A DNA stretch of 64,000 bases, taken from NCBI GenBank assembly GCA_051362555.1, contig CM120641.1, forward strand, positions 34,664,401 to 34,728,400, written 5' to 3'. The notes beneath the pieces were generated by a model. The model was not told the origin of the DNA and did no database searches. It saw only the letters and a program-made list of their open reading frames with translations. The translations under genes and the position numbers were made by a program. Positions 12,891-27,620 of the stretch are shown here, one piece after another. The stretch comes from Lingula anatina. Lineage: Eukaryota > Animalia > Brachiopoda. Every line of letters starts with the position of its first letter. Within the stretch, counting starts at the first letter, position 1.

Positions 12891-15308
12891 TTTTTTGATT
12901 ACCTGAAGATGTAAGACGCCTATTTAGTCAGTTATGGCTATGACAGCAGGAAGACACAGTGCTCATTTTAAAACTAGCTGAATAGTTTTCGTTTATTGCC
13001 TTGATCTCTACGCCATAGGGGGCCAATTAATGGTCTGAAATGCTCTGTTACGTCAGAGATTTTGATCGGTGCTTTCATCTCTTTTGAATGCCAACTTCAC
13101 CTTATTCATTCTTTGAAAAAATGTATACAAATACACTTTCCAGATCATTTAATTTTTTGTTTTTTGTTTTTTGAGGTCTTGACAGAAATTTTTTGTCATT
13201 TTCTGTAATGGGCCTCCTTGCTAGAACTCCAACTGCATTTTTTAAAACCTTAATATGTAGTTTAACTATTTTAAGCAGCATATATAAGTCATATTATGGT
13301 TTTCAATCTTAAGAAATAGCTGCATTTTTATACAAAGATTTTCCTCTGTATGTTGAATGCAAGTTTATAAAACTGCCATGTAAATGAATGTTGGAATGTT
13401 ATTTTTGCCTCCCTCCCACGCCCCCCCTATCTCTCATTATTTCATTTGTTTTTCTTATTTATTAAATGGACTGGGTCATCTAAATCAGATGTGATAGCCA
13501 TATAAAATAAGTTAATGGGAATTTTGTTGTTGCTTTACAGCTTTCCATTCCTTCCAGACACAGTGTGCCTATATATGTCTCCACTCGTGTACATTGAGTT
13601 TGCCAACTTGCTGAATAGTTCAATAAAAAAGCACCATAGAGACAAGATCATTAGGCTGAAATGATCTAACAGTTTGAATAATTCATTGAATTACTGAAAT
13701 AGGCTAGGCAAATAAAAGCCCTGATTGAACACTGTATTTTTAGAAGGAATAAAAGTAAAGCCAGTGTTCACACTTTTTAAAGTCAGTTGTAAGGGGAAAT
13801 TGGCTTCAAAAACAGTTCTTGTGTAGTATAAAGTATTACAGGTCAGAAGTAAGGATGATGCCTGATAATAAGCAACAAAAGATTGCAGAAGATCTAAGGA
13901 AAAAATCCTTAAATGGTTTTTTTCTGCCTCACATCCCAAAGACTGTCACTTAGTTATTTATGGTGATAAGAAAACATAGATTGTGGATGGCGGGGTTTCA
14001 TAAAAACAGCATATGAGATCTACACATGTCAATTGCCATCGACAAAAAGGCCATCTTTCAGGTAACAGTAAATGTTTTGACTTCCTGCCCAGGGTGGAAG
14101 GGCTGGCGTGCTAGCTGCTTCATATATGCAGTAGCTGTCAGCTGTAAACATAAACCATCTGCTCCTGAAGGAAAGCCAAACTGGCTTCTTATTAATATCT
14201 TCCAGGGGGTTTTTCTCAAGATATTCACTGTTCCTACAAAAATTAGACGTAGATTGAAATAGAGATCATGATAAAGGGACTCACTGTGAATAAATCAATC
14301 TGTGGTGTACTAATGGATAAGAAAATTATTATGATTCCATATACTTTTGCTTTTTTTTTTTCATTATTTTTTTTTTTAGTCTATTCCCCCTTTTAAACTC
14401 ATTTGTTCATTATTAGATACGTCTTTGTTTTGTGTTCATTTGTGGCATTAAATCAGCAATAGGTTATATAAGGCATCTGCATTGACTTCAATATTCTTAC
14501 CTGGTTTAAACTATAAATGTGATAGAAACTCTGTGGCAGAAAGATAGAGACTGTGGGCAAGCATATGACCTTAAAAGGAATGCAGGGTTTGGAAGCGGGG
14601 TCAGTATTGAGCATTCAGAAGGTTTTTCATAATGATCTCCTAATTTATTGGCATGATGGGCCATTAAAAACAGATAAATATTGATGTAGTTGGTTATGCC
14701 AGGAGTCTGCAGGCTCTGTACTTTATGTTGGCAGCAGATGAAGGGACTGGGTGCTGTAATATTCAAGGAGGTTGCCACAGATTAAACAGACTGCTCCTGG
14801 GTGAATGTTAATCAGATTTTTGAGGCCACATTTGGAGCCATAAGGTGTAAGGAATGCATGCTGGACATATAGCTTATCCATGTAAATGTAGGCATGTTTA
14901 ACCTCCAGTAAGCTTTGTTTTTTAAATTAGATACCGATAGAACCCAGGATACATGAGTCAATTTGATGTGTACAAACAGTGTACAAGTGTATGTCTTAAA
15001 ATTGAGATTATGTTTTGGCAGATAATGTTTAGGAGAGAGGGGTCATCCCCCTTCTAGGTAAGGGTATGTGGTGAGTGTTGAAATGGCTACCACATTTTTC
15101 TGCATTCTGAAGAATAATGTATATCACCTGCAGGACTTTTCAGTAAAATTGGAATATTTTCCTAGCTGAATTTCATTTCATTCAGTCCAGTGCATGTATT
15201 GATTAAAAAAATACATGATCTGGGAGATAAAACCCGTGATCTGAAGATTCGTTCATCAGTTTTTGAGATCAGTTGACAAATTGAGAAGTATCCAAAGAAT
15301 ACAGAGAC

Positions 15309-17168
15309 TTTTTATGTACAGACACAGATGTACATATAGCCATCATCTGCGTCTGTCGTCGTCGCCGTCGTCGTCGCCGTGCACTTTTACCGATAACACG
15401 ATAAGTGGAAAACCATTTTACCTTTTGACTTGAAACTTGCAGAACTGATGAATATTCATAATACGCAGGTCAAGTTCGAAAATCAGCATGATCGGGTCAC
15501 TTTTAGGGAATTTATGCTGTTTTTTCACTTTTTTCAGCATATATGCAGCACCGATAACACGATAAGTGGAAAACCATTTTACCTTTTGACTTGAAACTTA
15601 CAGAACTGATGAATATTCATAATACGCAGGTCAAGTTCGAAAATCAGCATGATCGGGTCACTTTTAGGGAATTTATGCTGTTTTTTCACTTTTTTCAGCA
15701 TATATGCAGCACCGATAACACGATAAGTGGAAAACCATTTTACCTTTTGACTTGAAACTTACAGAACTGATGAATATTCATAATACACAGGTCAAGTTCG
15801 AAAATCAGCATGATTGGGCCATTTTTAGGGAATTTATGCTGTTTTTTCACTATTTTCAATATAAATACAACACTGATAACACAATATAAGAAAAACGGAT
15901 TGGCCAATTGTAATTATACTCACAGGAGTGGTCAATCTTACTAAAACGCAGGTTGAGTTCGAAAATCAGCATAATCGGGCCATTATTTTAGAAGTTATAC
16001 TGTTTTTCACATTTCCTCAGATTCAATTATTAAGCATGTTAACAGTCTCATTATTTAACTAATAAGATGCCTAAAAGTGTTTGTTTGATATTTCCTGCAT
16101 CTTTACAACATTGTTAGTTGATTATGTAAAAAACATGGTAAACTTGTTATCATGTATTGTGTAACAAAGTGTCAAAAATGGAAATAAACTCATATCATTG
16201 CAGTTTGTCAGATTCAATCATCCACTATGTTCAGAATCTCAGAATGGAGGAAATTGGACATTTAACACTGTTCTATTGATACTTTTCCCATCTCAACAAT
16301 TTTCTTAGTTGGTCATATAAAATGGCAGTAAAATGTTTATTTTGTTTTATGTTAAAAAAGGGTTAAAAATGGAAATAAACCCATTTCAGAACAGTGCTGT
16401 CTTGTTTACATTTTGGCATTTTCAAGGCGTGACTTTGAAGTTCCATGGGCCTGAAGACCTTTGCTAGTCACATTTTCTGAATATCTGTGATACTAATATT
16501 TTATAATTAAAAATTGATGGTCATTAAGCTGTTAAACATTATGTAATATTGCATCAAAATTTGAAGAAACCCCTATTTTGGGCACTGCTTCCATGATGAC
16601 CATTTAAGGAAAATCATGTCACTTACTGTTCTCAAACTTACAGGAAAGAAACATGGGACTAAAATACAGCTTCAGTAGGCAATGCAGTCTGTTTGGTATT
16701 TTTATTTATTTATTTATTTATTTATTTTTTTGGCAGTTTAACAGTTTTTTGTGAAAATTTAATTTTTCACATATTGGCATTTTCAAGGTGTGACTTTAAA
16801 GTTCCATGATCTTGAAGACTTTTGCTTGTCACATTTTCTGAATGTCCATGTTACTAATATTTTATTAATAACATTTGATTGTCATTATGCTGTTAAACAT
16901 TATGTAATGTTGCATCAAAATTTGAAGAAACCCCTATTTTGGGCACTGCTCCTATGATGACCATTTAAGGGAAATCATGTCACTTACTGTTCTCAAACTT
17001 ACAGGAAAGAAACATGGGTCTAACATACAGCTTCAATTGGCAACACAGTCTGTTTGGTAAATTTTTCTGGCAATTTAACAGTTTTTTGTGAAAATTTAAT
17101 TTTTCACTTATTTGCATCTTTATTTTCTGTTCTTTGTCTGTACATTTGACAGCTTTGCTGCCTTGTTT
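15309..17168 (+). mobile_element. HINE family 1, copy A (CAP 5' intron)
   Basis: Starts TTTTTATGTACAGACA with a partly deleted hairpin, then a (GTC/GCC) microsatellite and 161-bp repeats at 15390, 15551, 15712 and 15873 (divergent). Internal ~365-bp duplication (~16410-17110). Ends with subTIR TGTCTGTACA, palindrome GACAGC-TTT-GCTGCC and TTGTTT. Confidence 0.85.
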
Positions 17169-18609
17169 ATCTGTGAAACTTAAAATGCATCTCAGTGCTT
17201 TATCCTTTCTAGCCATTTTTTCTGCTCATAAGTCACTTTGCAGTGACATTAAGCCACTGTTGACATTATTTTAATAGCAAATACAAATGTCTGCTACTAA
17301 GTGTGGGTTATAAATTTATGGCATACAGCTACACCCAAGTTGATGTCTTATGGTTTTGAGTCCGCATGCTTCCTGAAGCAAGAAATAGCTTTTGGAAATG
17401 CTATCAGCCAGTTTCCGAATAATTTCAGTTATTTAATGGTTAGAGGTGTTTTGAACTTGGTGATTTTTAAAAAAAAATTCAGTGTTTCTAAAGGCTTAAA
17501 GGCTCTTCTGTTGCAATCAGTGTGTACTTTCAATACTGAAGCTGGTAATCTGAGATGTAGATAATTTATTTCTTTTAAAAACAGACAACAACTAATTTAC
17601 ATAGGGTACTGGACGATTACCCATTATAACAACAAATAAAAAATTAGCTCAGCTGGTTAAACGAGAAGTGGGTTATTTGTAATACAATATTCAACTGGTG
17701 GTTAGTGTGTGAAAAAATGAGGAATGTAAAGTCCTGCTATGTTCAGTAGTGTCAGAGTTAGTCCCCTGATTGAAAGTATGAGGAAGTCATTTACTAAAAA
17801 CTGTTGGAATTATCTCTTGTATCTACAGCCTAGTAAATCTATATGAAGTCATATGTTGTTAAAGGATTGATAATTATCTGACAGGGAAGTTAAACCAAAC
17901 ACTTTGTAGAATAATTGATGTCAGTCCATATTATACTCCTTCCTTATTGTAGGCTCACACATCTAGTATGCAGATTTTTTGTACCAAATCCTGAAAATGA
18001 TTAAAGGTGGTTGAAGAAAAGAAAAATAATTTTGAAAAAGAAATTACCGGTTTGTCACTGTAGATGTTTAAAGCTTTAATTACAAGGTCATTATTCATAA
18101 TAGAATAAGTCCAGCAGTGGATACTCGTAGCTGCTACAACAGATTAACCTGATGGAAAATATAATTTATCCTTGTCATTTAGAAATAATGCATGCATTGT
18201 ATTTTGTTTTTTGCTTAGTGTCATATCAGATTGTTTTATCCTGCTAGAGTTGTAGAGAGGTCAAGTAATAGGTTAGGTAAATAGATAAATTGAGACAATT
18301 TATATGATTATTTTAATGTTTGATGCCTCCAAAATGAAGTACCTAGTACTTTACAGTTTACTAGCTGTTGACCCAGTTGATGTTCTTTTGGCTTGTCTAA
18401 TTCTTTTTTTTTTTTTTTTTTTTTTGCGATTGAAGTAAAAGTGTGCTTTAACATTCAGGATCAACAGACTGCAAGTGTTATTATTTTGCCTAATATATTG
18501 CTTTTTGGTGATTTTTCCCATGATTTTATTGTTTGCAGCTTTGTATTTAGGTGCTGAGAGTGAGTCGGGACGTTGGGGCAGCACTCCTTTTACGAACCAG
18601 TGAGCAGTG

Positions 18610-21600
18610 ATGGCCACCAGCAATGCCTCCACCGCTCCTGCAGGAATTTCTACTTTCAGTGTCTGGTCACCTCATGGTTAGTGTGCATGCTTCTGCTACT
18701 GCATGACCCCCCAGCCTAGCAATCCTCCTCACCACCTCTGCCAGCAGAAGAGACAATATAGATAACTGTTATCATATTTGTATATACATATACACATACT
18801 GTGTGTTTATTTTAACTCCTTCAGTATCTGTCTGTGTCAGCACCCAGTTTGATCCCAGCTTCATGTTCCTGGGTTGGCTTTTCTACAAATTTTGGTTGCT
18901 TTAAAGTAAGAGTAGAACCCCAGACACCCACACCCAACTTCCTACCATAAAACCAGCACTAGCAGTGAGAAGCAGCTTAGTTTTACAATGAACAAGAAAT
19001 TATATATATATATTATGCTTGACTCTCCAACTCTTGAAAAATATTGTATGATTGAAAAATATTTCATATTTGCTAATAATAAATATGAACTGTTTACACA
19101 AAATTACTGCATGCCTGTGTCCAAAATGAGCATGTAAATGTAGTTGTTTGAATTTTACTAACCTTTACTAACTTCATGAAACATTAGTGTATATGAGCAT
19201 GTTATACACAAAGATAGAAATGAAAAAAAATGTATTTTCCAGTGATTTTTATATTATGGTTTCAACCTTTTCAGGAACCATTCAAAAAGCTTACAAACCA
19301 GTGGCATTTTCAGCAACAGTGCCAACATTTCCTCCACAGACAAGTACCAAACCAAGTCCACAAAAAAGTATTTCACCCTCTACTACAGATTCTGCTCTGA
19401 CTGGTATGTTACCCACCCTTGCTCTTGTGTAATTTACCATTAACAGAACAGTTGTAGTTAAAAATGAAATGAATATGATTAATATGTGATGACTGGGATA
19501 TTCCTTCCTTGGATTTCCAATTTATAAGTAGACAATTGGGGAGAGTGAATTTGCTTTATAAATTCTTTTATTTCAGTAAAGCCAAGATAATATTTTTACT
19601 CATTGGCAGAGAAACAGATCACCAGAATTTTCTGTTGATAAATTCACACAATTTACCGGTCTCTGCAACAAATCCACTTTTATTTCCAATCAGCAGGGGT
19701 GTGGTATCCGGGGAAACCAGTTCCCACTTTGGAGTCAGAACAGGAGGAGCTGTCTGAGAAACAAAAGGAAGACCAATCCCTCAGAGACGTCCCAGTGTGC
19801 TGGTCCCCCAGTGGAGCAAAGCACGCTAAAGCCTTCAGACCAGTCAAGCTGGACACCAGCACTAGGACACTTAGCAATGTGGGTCTGATGTATTTGTGGC
19901 TCTGAATTTTCACTTTATATGTGGACTGTAGACTTGTATTGGACTGTAGACAGTAGACGTGGCTTGTATTTAAATGGCTCTACCAGTGTATGTGGTTTAG
20001 ATCCAGTGTCTCTTCTTACAAAAATTGATAAATGTGATATTTTTATCCAATTTGCTATTGATTTCCCAAAATGATTTGGACAAAATATTTTAGTGTTTAA
20101 ATCTTCAGATAAATCCTCATATACCATAACTATTAGTCCATGGTGGTCACTAGATACCTCTTAATATGTTAAGTGATACAGTAAGGTTAAGTTCAACTGT
20201 GAGCTATATCCCTTTGAACGGCATTCTAATATTATTGTCTGTTTATTTTCAGGGTTCTGTCTCCTCCCCAGATGGTATCACTTCCAGCTCGGCCACAATC
20301 AAGCCATCTGGCATAATGAATGATACTGTTACTATGCATAAACAGCCAGGATCAACCGCATTACATCTACCCAGGACATATAATCCAACAGTTACATTGC
20401 TTCAGAAAAGTAGAGGTAATCGTGAGTTCAATAGGTAGTGCTCTGGTATCACTTTAATTAAATGCAATTTATTTTAGTTGTAATGTGTTTGACTCATATA
20501 AAGTAACTTTGATAAAGAGGCTTGTTGATTAATGTTTATTTAATTACTATGGTGTTTTATGATTGAATAATAGTGAGGCAAATGAGATTTATAGTATTGC
20601 TAACTTGCAAAACTTGAATCATCGAAAAATAAGTTGTTCTGATTTCTATTTTGTTGTCACTTTGCTGAGAACTTTGGACTATTTTTAATTCATTTTTTTT
20701 CTTCGTTATTTGATTTGTACAGTCTTAGAGAAGTTTTAGAAAGTTTTGGCCAAACATGCTCTTATAGGTCCTGTTCAAATCAGAAAAGCATTTGATAAAG
20801 ACTAGTTACCATCACTAGGTGAACAGATTGGTCTTTGATTATTTATGGCTCTGGGGAGAAATAGGGGTCTGGTCACCATGTGTTGTTGGCGAGTCTGTTT
20901 CTGATCAAAGTTGGATCTGAAGTGAATATGACCTTTTACTTGTGATCTTGTGACACTTGATGTATTCTATAAAACTGAATCTTGTACTTAAAACCAGGAG
21001 ACCAAATACTGTAATAATGTATGTAAACTCTTTTGATTGTTGGTTAATATATATATTAATGGTGCATGTACTTTGCCTGTTGTTTTGTGTACATTCTCTT
21101 CTTGGTACAATGACTTTATAGCATGAATATATGAATGTGGTTTTTTGAAAGCTCATTAAGTTTTGATCTGATATAGAATTACCTGAAAGATATTGGATAT
21201 TAAACTATATAATAAAATGTGACTCAATCACAGCATTTCTGAGCCCCAATCTCATTGCACTGGCTTTGATTTATATCTTCAACATATATCTCACGCAGTG
21301 CATAATAAAACACAGCTTTTAACTAATTGCCATTTCATTTATTCTTAAAATTTGGGATTTTCCTTTTACAAATTAGTGATTTTAACAAGGTTGTTCTGTT
21401 ATATTCCTACAAACAGATTTTTTGCTGTCTTGTGTACTTTTCTGTCCATTTAAAGTACTTTTGCTGGTGCTTTTAATGAATTTTAAACTTCTGCCAATCA
21501 GTAAAACTGTCTATAACTCATGGTCTGAAGTACTGACAGTGGGTAGGCCTACAGGCCTCTTCCTGCCCTCTTCAGTCATCTTAATACAAATTTATTAAGC

Positions 21601-24600
21601 CAGGCAAAACAAGAATATTTTTTCACCAAAATACTATAAGTGGGGAATCCCGGGATTTCTTTGAATTGAGCCAACATAACATAAACTTTATGTAAGCTTC
21701 TTAACACTTATTCATAGTTTGATCTCAGGTTAATTCAAGAGACTCATGAGAACTTTCTTTTGCTCAAAACTCTCAGAGAGTCTTCAGTTTTCATTTTCTT
21801 TTTTTCAGTGGCTTATTCAGAGAATCAAATTGCTAGTGAATCATCTTTCTGTGTAAATTTGTATTAAGTGAAAGTTTTACCACTTCAGTAAACATGAATT
21901 GCCTTTCCAATTCCCTTTGGAATTGTAAAGTGGAAGAAATTCATAGTTGGTTGTACTTTATTCTGAATCATTTGGTAAAATGACACCAGGCTTAATTGGG
22001 CTATTAGTAGAGTGTAATAAGAGATTTTCCCTTCTAACGAAAGACGCATAAGCCATGAACCTGATCTCTGAGATCTGTATTGAAAGACCAAATAGGAGAG
22101 AGAAGGCTGTGATATTGGCTTTAGATATCAAGTTGTCATAGTACTTTTGTAGCATTCCAATATTTCTGCACTTTAAGAAAAGCTGACAATATTGTTTTTT
22201 TCACTGTAGCTCACCCAATGTTCCACGCTGTGTTGAGTTGCATGCACTATTTTTACAGATGGTAGCATTACATCTAGTCATGAATCCCCCACCACACCTA
22301 CATCAGTTGAGACCAAGGGTAAGCTTCAAAGTGTGTTATTAGCTTTAAGCTTCCACTGCTTGCTATGCTGAAAAATTCTTGACAGAATGAGGCGGCTTAG
22401 TGGGGAAAATGTTGTCTCATGGCTGCACACAAATTTTAAAATATCACCCCCCTAATAACGTGAGTTTGCAAACCAAACTCCAAAGGTGATTATTGAACAG
22501 TGTAAGGAAAGTATATCATGATGTTATGGCAAGGGATGAGTTTATAAATGAGGAATTTGCAGGCTTTTTTTGGGTGAACAATTGGCCTGGCATGAGAATT
22601 GATGAAAGTAAGATCCCATTAAACCAATCATTATCTGTTTGAATTCATTGTATCCATGTATTTATGTGGCAATAATTTTTTTTAATAATATATAATATAC
22701 AACAAATTTTTTTTTAAAGTTCTCTTTTGAACACTTTTCTCAGTCCATATTTCAGACATTTTAAAATGCCTTTTTATATCCAGAAACTGATAATATCCCC
22801 AAAACAGCTGTGTTTGTCCATGTCTTCTTTATCACTGTCACCATTGCCATCTCCCTCCAACACATATGTTCACCCTGTAAATGCCACCTGTATTTTTTAT
22901 TTTCTCCGCTCCTACTCAAAGTTTTGTTTTGTAGGTATTCAGGTGAAGTTTCAGGGGAAAAAGTCAGCCGAAGCAGTTTTTTTTTGTTTTTGTCTGTTAT
23001 GTTCAACCACCCCACTACTGACAAACCATATATTTGTGTTTGAACTGGCTGGGATTTTTTTTTTTTTTTGAAAGTTAAACATTGAAAGGCCATCTTCTTG
23101 TAAATTTCTGCAATTTACCCTTGATCATCATAGTAGAAATTACATAAACTTGTAGCTCAGAACAAACTTCAAAACAAACTTTGATGCACTGAAAATAAAG
23201 AGATTGCCACATATAAAGTTTACATACATTTACTTTTTAGATAGACCATCACTGGTGTTAAGGTAAAAAAAAAGAAGCTAAACTTTCAAAACAGATGTTT
23301 TTCATCTGTGTAAACATCTACATTACCTGTGAGTCTGTATCTTATTTTTATGTACAGACACAGATGTGTCTGTACATATAGCCATCATCTGCGTCTGTCG
23401 TCGCCGTCGCCGTCGTCGCTGTCGCCGTCGTCGCCGTCGCCGTGCACTTTTACCGATAACACGATAAGTGGAAAACCATTTTACCTTTTGACTTGAAACT
23501 TGCAGAACTGATGAATATTCATAATACGCAGGTCAAGTTCGAAAATCAGCATGATCGGGTCACTTTTAGGGAATTTATGCAGTTTTTTCACTTTTTTCAG
23601 CATATATGCAGCACCGATAACACGATAAGTGGAAAACTATTTTACCTTTTGACTTGAAACTTACAGAACTGATGAATATTCATAATACGCAGGTCAAGTT
23701 CGAAAATCAGCATGATCGGGTCACTTTTAGGGAATTTATGCTGTTTTTTTCACTTTTTTCAGCATATATGCAGCATCGATAACACGATAAGTGGAAAACC
23801 ATTTTACCTTTTGACTTGAAACCTACAGAACTGATGAATATTCATAATATGCAGGTCAAGTTCGAAAATCAGCATGATTGGGTTATTTTGAGGGAATTTA
23901 TGCTGTTTTTTCACTATTTTCAATATAAATGCAACACTGATAACACAATATAAGAAAAACGGATTGGCCAATTGTAATTATACTCACAGGAGTGGTCAAT
24001 CTTACTAAAACGCAGGTTGAGTTCGAAAATCAGCATAATCGGGCCATTATTTTAGAAGTTATACTGTTTTTTTCACATTTCCTCAGATTCAATTCTTAAG
24101 CATGTTAACAGTCTCATTATTTAACTAATAAGATGCCTAAAAGTGTTTGTTTGATATTTCCTGCATCTTTACAACATTGTTAGTTGATTATGTAAAAAAC
24201 ATGGTAAACTTGTTATCATGTATTGTGTAATAAAGTGTCAAAAATGGAAATAAACTCATATCATTGCAGTTTGTCAGATTCAATCATCCACTATGTTCAG
24301 AATCTCAGAATGGAGGAAATTGGACATTTAACACTGTTCTATTGATACTTTTCCCATCTTATCAATTTTTTTAGTTGGTCATATAAAAATGGCAGTAAAA
24401 TGTTTATTTTGTTTTATGTTAAAAAAGTGTTAAAAATGGAAATAAACCCATTTCAGAACAGTGCTATCTTGTTTAGCATATATGCAGCACCGATAACACG
24501 ATAAATGGAAAACCATTTTACCTTTTGGCTTGAAACTTACAGAACTGATGAATATTCATAATACGCAGGTCAAGTTCGAAAATCAGCATGATCGGGTCAC

Positions 24601-27546
24601 TTTTAGGGAATTTATGCTGTTTTTTCACTTTTTTCAGCATATATGCAGCACCGATAACACGATAAGTGGAAAACCATTTTACCTTTTGGCTTGAAACTTA
24701 CAGAACTGATGAAGATTCATAATACACAGGTCAAGTTCGAAAATCAGCATGATTGGGTCATTTTTAGGGAATTTATGCTGTTTTTTCACTTTTTTCAGCA
24801 TATATGCAGCACCGATAACATGATAAGTGGAAAACCATTTTACCTTTTGGCTTGAAACTTACAGAACTGATGAATATTCATAATACGCAGGTCAAGTTTG
24901 AAAATCGGCATGATTGGGTTATTTTTAGGGAATTTATGCTAATTTTTCACTTTTTTCAGCATATATGCAGCACCGATAACACGATAAGTGGAAAACCAAT
25001 TAACCTTTTGGCTTGAAACTTGCAGAACTGATGAATATTCATAATAGGCAGGTCAAGTTCGAAAATCAGCATGATTGGATCATTGTTAGGGAATTTATGC
25101 TGTTTTTTCACTTTTTTCAGCATATATGCAGCACTGATAACACAATAAGTGGAAAACTGTTTTTTCTTTTGGCTTGAAACTTACAGAACTAATGAATATT
25201 CATAATACACAGGTCAAGTTTGAAAATCAACAAGATTGGGCAATTTTTATGGAAGTTATCCTGTTTTTTTTTTTTTTTTTCAATTTTTTCAGCACTTTTG
25301 TAACACCGATAACTTGATAAGTGTAAAAATGTTTTTCCTTTTGGATTGAAATTTACAGAACTGGTGAATATTTATAATACGCAGGTCAAGTTTGAAAATT
25401 GGCATGATTGGACTATTTTAACAAAAGTAATGCTGTTTTTTTCCTTTATTCAGCATACATGCAACACTGATAACGCATTTTAAGGAAAACCAATCAGCCT
25501 TTTATCTTGCAACTCACAGGAGTGATCAATCTGACCAGTATACAGATCAAGTTTGAAAATAAGCTTGATCAGTTAAGTTTTGATGAAGTTATTAGCCTTT
25601 TTGTATATAAGTGGTTTTTCTTCAGATTTAATTCTTAAGCATGTTAACAGTCTCATTACAGAACTAATTGGATATGTAAAAGTGTTGTTTTAACATTTTC
25701 TGCTTCTTAACAATATTGTTAGTTGATTATATAAAAATGACGGTAAACCTATTATAGTGCATTGTGTAATAAAGTATCAAAAATGGAAAGGAACTCATCA
25801 TTGCAGTTTGTCAGATTCAATCATTCACTATGTTCAGAATCTCCAAATGGAGCAAATTGGACATTATAAATTGTTCTATTTATATTTTTCCTATGTCAAC
25901 AATTTTCCTAGTTGATCATATAAAAATGACAGTAAATTGATTATTGTTTTATGTAAAAAAAGGTGTTGAAAATGGAAAGAAAATCATTTCAGTACAGTTA
26001 TCTCTTGTTAACATTTTGGCATTTTGAAAGTGTGACTCTGAACTTCCATGTCCTTGGAGACCTTTCCGTATCACATTTTCTGAATATCCATGATACTTTT
26101 ATTTTTTTTTTATAAAAAAATTGATGGTTTATTGCTGGTAAGTATTATGTTATATTGCATGAAAGTTGAAGAAAACCCTACTTTGTACACTGCTGCCAGG
26201 ATAGCGATTAAGGGAAAACCATGTTACTTATGATAATCAACCTTACTGAAAAGACTGAAGTGCAGCTTGTGTTGGAAAACCATTGTAATTGTTTTCTGTT
26301 TTGAAAGCAATGCAGTAGAGTGCTATTTGGTGCAATAAATGTATATGGATAGTAGGCAGTTAATTCAGGGTTGTAAAGTAATTTGCTTAATTGATTTTCA
26401 AGTTATTTCAGGGTTATAAAATAATTTGCTTAATTGATTTTCAAGTGGCCATTAAATGAGATTACATAAACACACATTGAGATTTCATTGTAAAGTCCCA
26501 TAGGTTTAGCTCTCTTAACTGTGTCACATAATTAGGAATCGATTATTATTATGCAGGTAAATGTTATTTAATATTGAAAATAAGTTTACAAAAGAAAAAT
26601 TTTGTGTAACGCTTACATTAATGTTAAGATGAATAACAGTGCCTTATTATTCTCAAACTCAATAGGGTTATTCATATCATGTTAGTAATTGTACAGCTAG
26701 ATTAAAAGTTTGAATAGCAGCTTTATTGGTATTTTTTGTTGTTTTATTTTACATTTTCTTTTAATTTTTTTTTCAAACACTAGCATCTTCAAGATGACAC
26801 TTTCAACTGTCATCCACCAGAAGCGCTGTGTATTTTGTTTTTCCACATTAGCAGTTGTGTTGGTTTTTATGTCTTTAAACATTGTGTAATATTATTTTAT
26901 GCACTGTCATCATTTTTCACATATAGGGATTTTCATTATGTGAATTTGAAGTCTCACATATGGTCCTGAAACTGAATCTTATTGACCATGTTATTCTGTT
27001 GTATATATTTTTGAAATTTTTATCTTTTACCTACTGGCATTTTCAGTGTGGGACTTATAACTCCCAAGGGTATGTAACAGTTCACTTTTATTGATACTAC
27101 CTGTTGTGCAATATTTGCAACTTGACTTTACAGTTAAAGGGATAATAACTGTTCTTTTTTGGCAAATAATTTTTTTTCTAAAAAGTTTTTTTTGTTAAAA
27201 TCTCTTAAGAAATTATTACAAAGTATAGCCACCTATGGAGGTCACATGGTCTGATGACAAGTTCAGATATCAGAATAATAGCTATGACTGCCCTTTTTGT
27301 GGTAAAACAAAATATATTATATTTCTGTGACTTGTTTACACTGTTTAAACTGAAGTTGGATGATTCATATCATGGTTATGCAGCTAGACTGAATTGAGCT
27401 TTAGTGGAATATTTTTGTAATTTTTTCTTTAATTTTTAATTTTTCAAACTGGCATTTTCAAGATGTGACTTATCACTCCCATCCACCAGGAGCCCTGTAC
27501 TGTAACTTTGTAACACTTTCTGTATTTTTTTAACTTATAAGTATGA

Positions 27547-27620
<74 letters not shown>

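Noticed and set aside
15441-15530. Hammerhead-ribozyme-like CTGATGA...CGAAA in each 161-bp monomer
   Set aside because: No stem II (A follows CUGAUGA, C precedes GAAA, no flanking helix) and stem I is only 3 bp; the context is a DNA-type HINE array.
18825-18905. Possible CAP exon (TTCAG|TATCTG...AAA|GTAAGA)
   Set aside because: Contains an in-frame TAA in the required phase; could at most be a poison exon, with no other support.
23453-25470. Regular repeats resembling a CRISPR array
   Set aside because: Head-to-tail 161-bp monomers with no unique spacers, no cas genes, eukaryotic intron.
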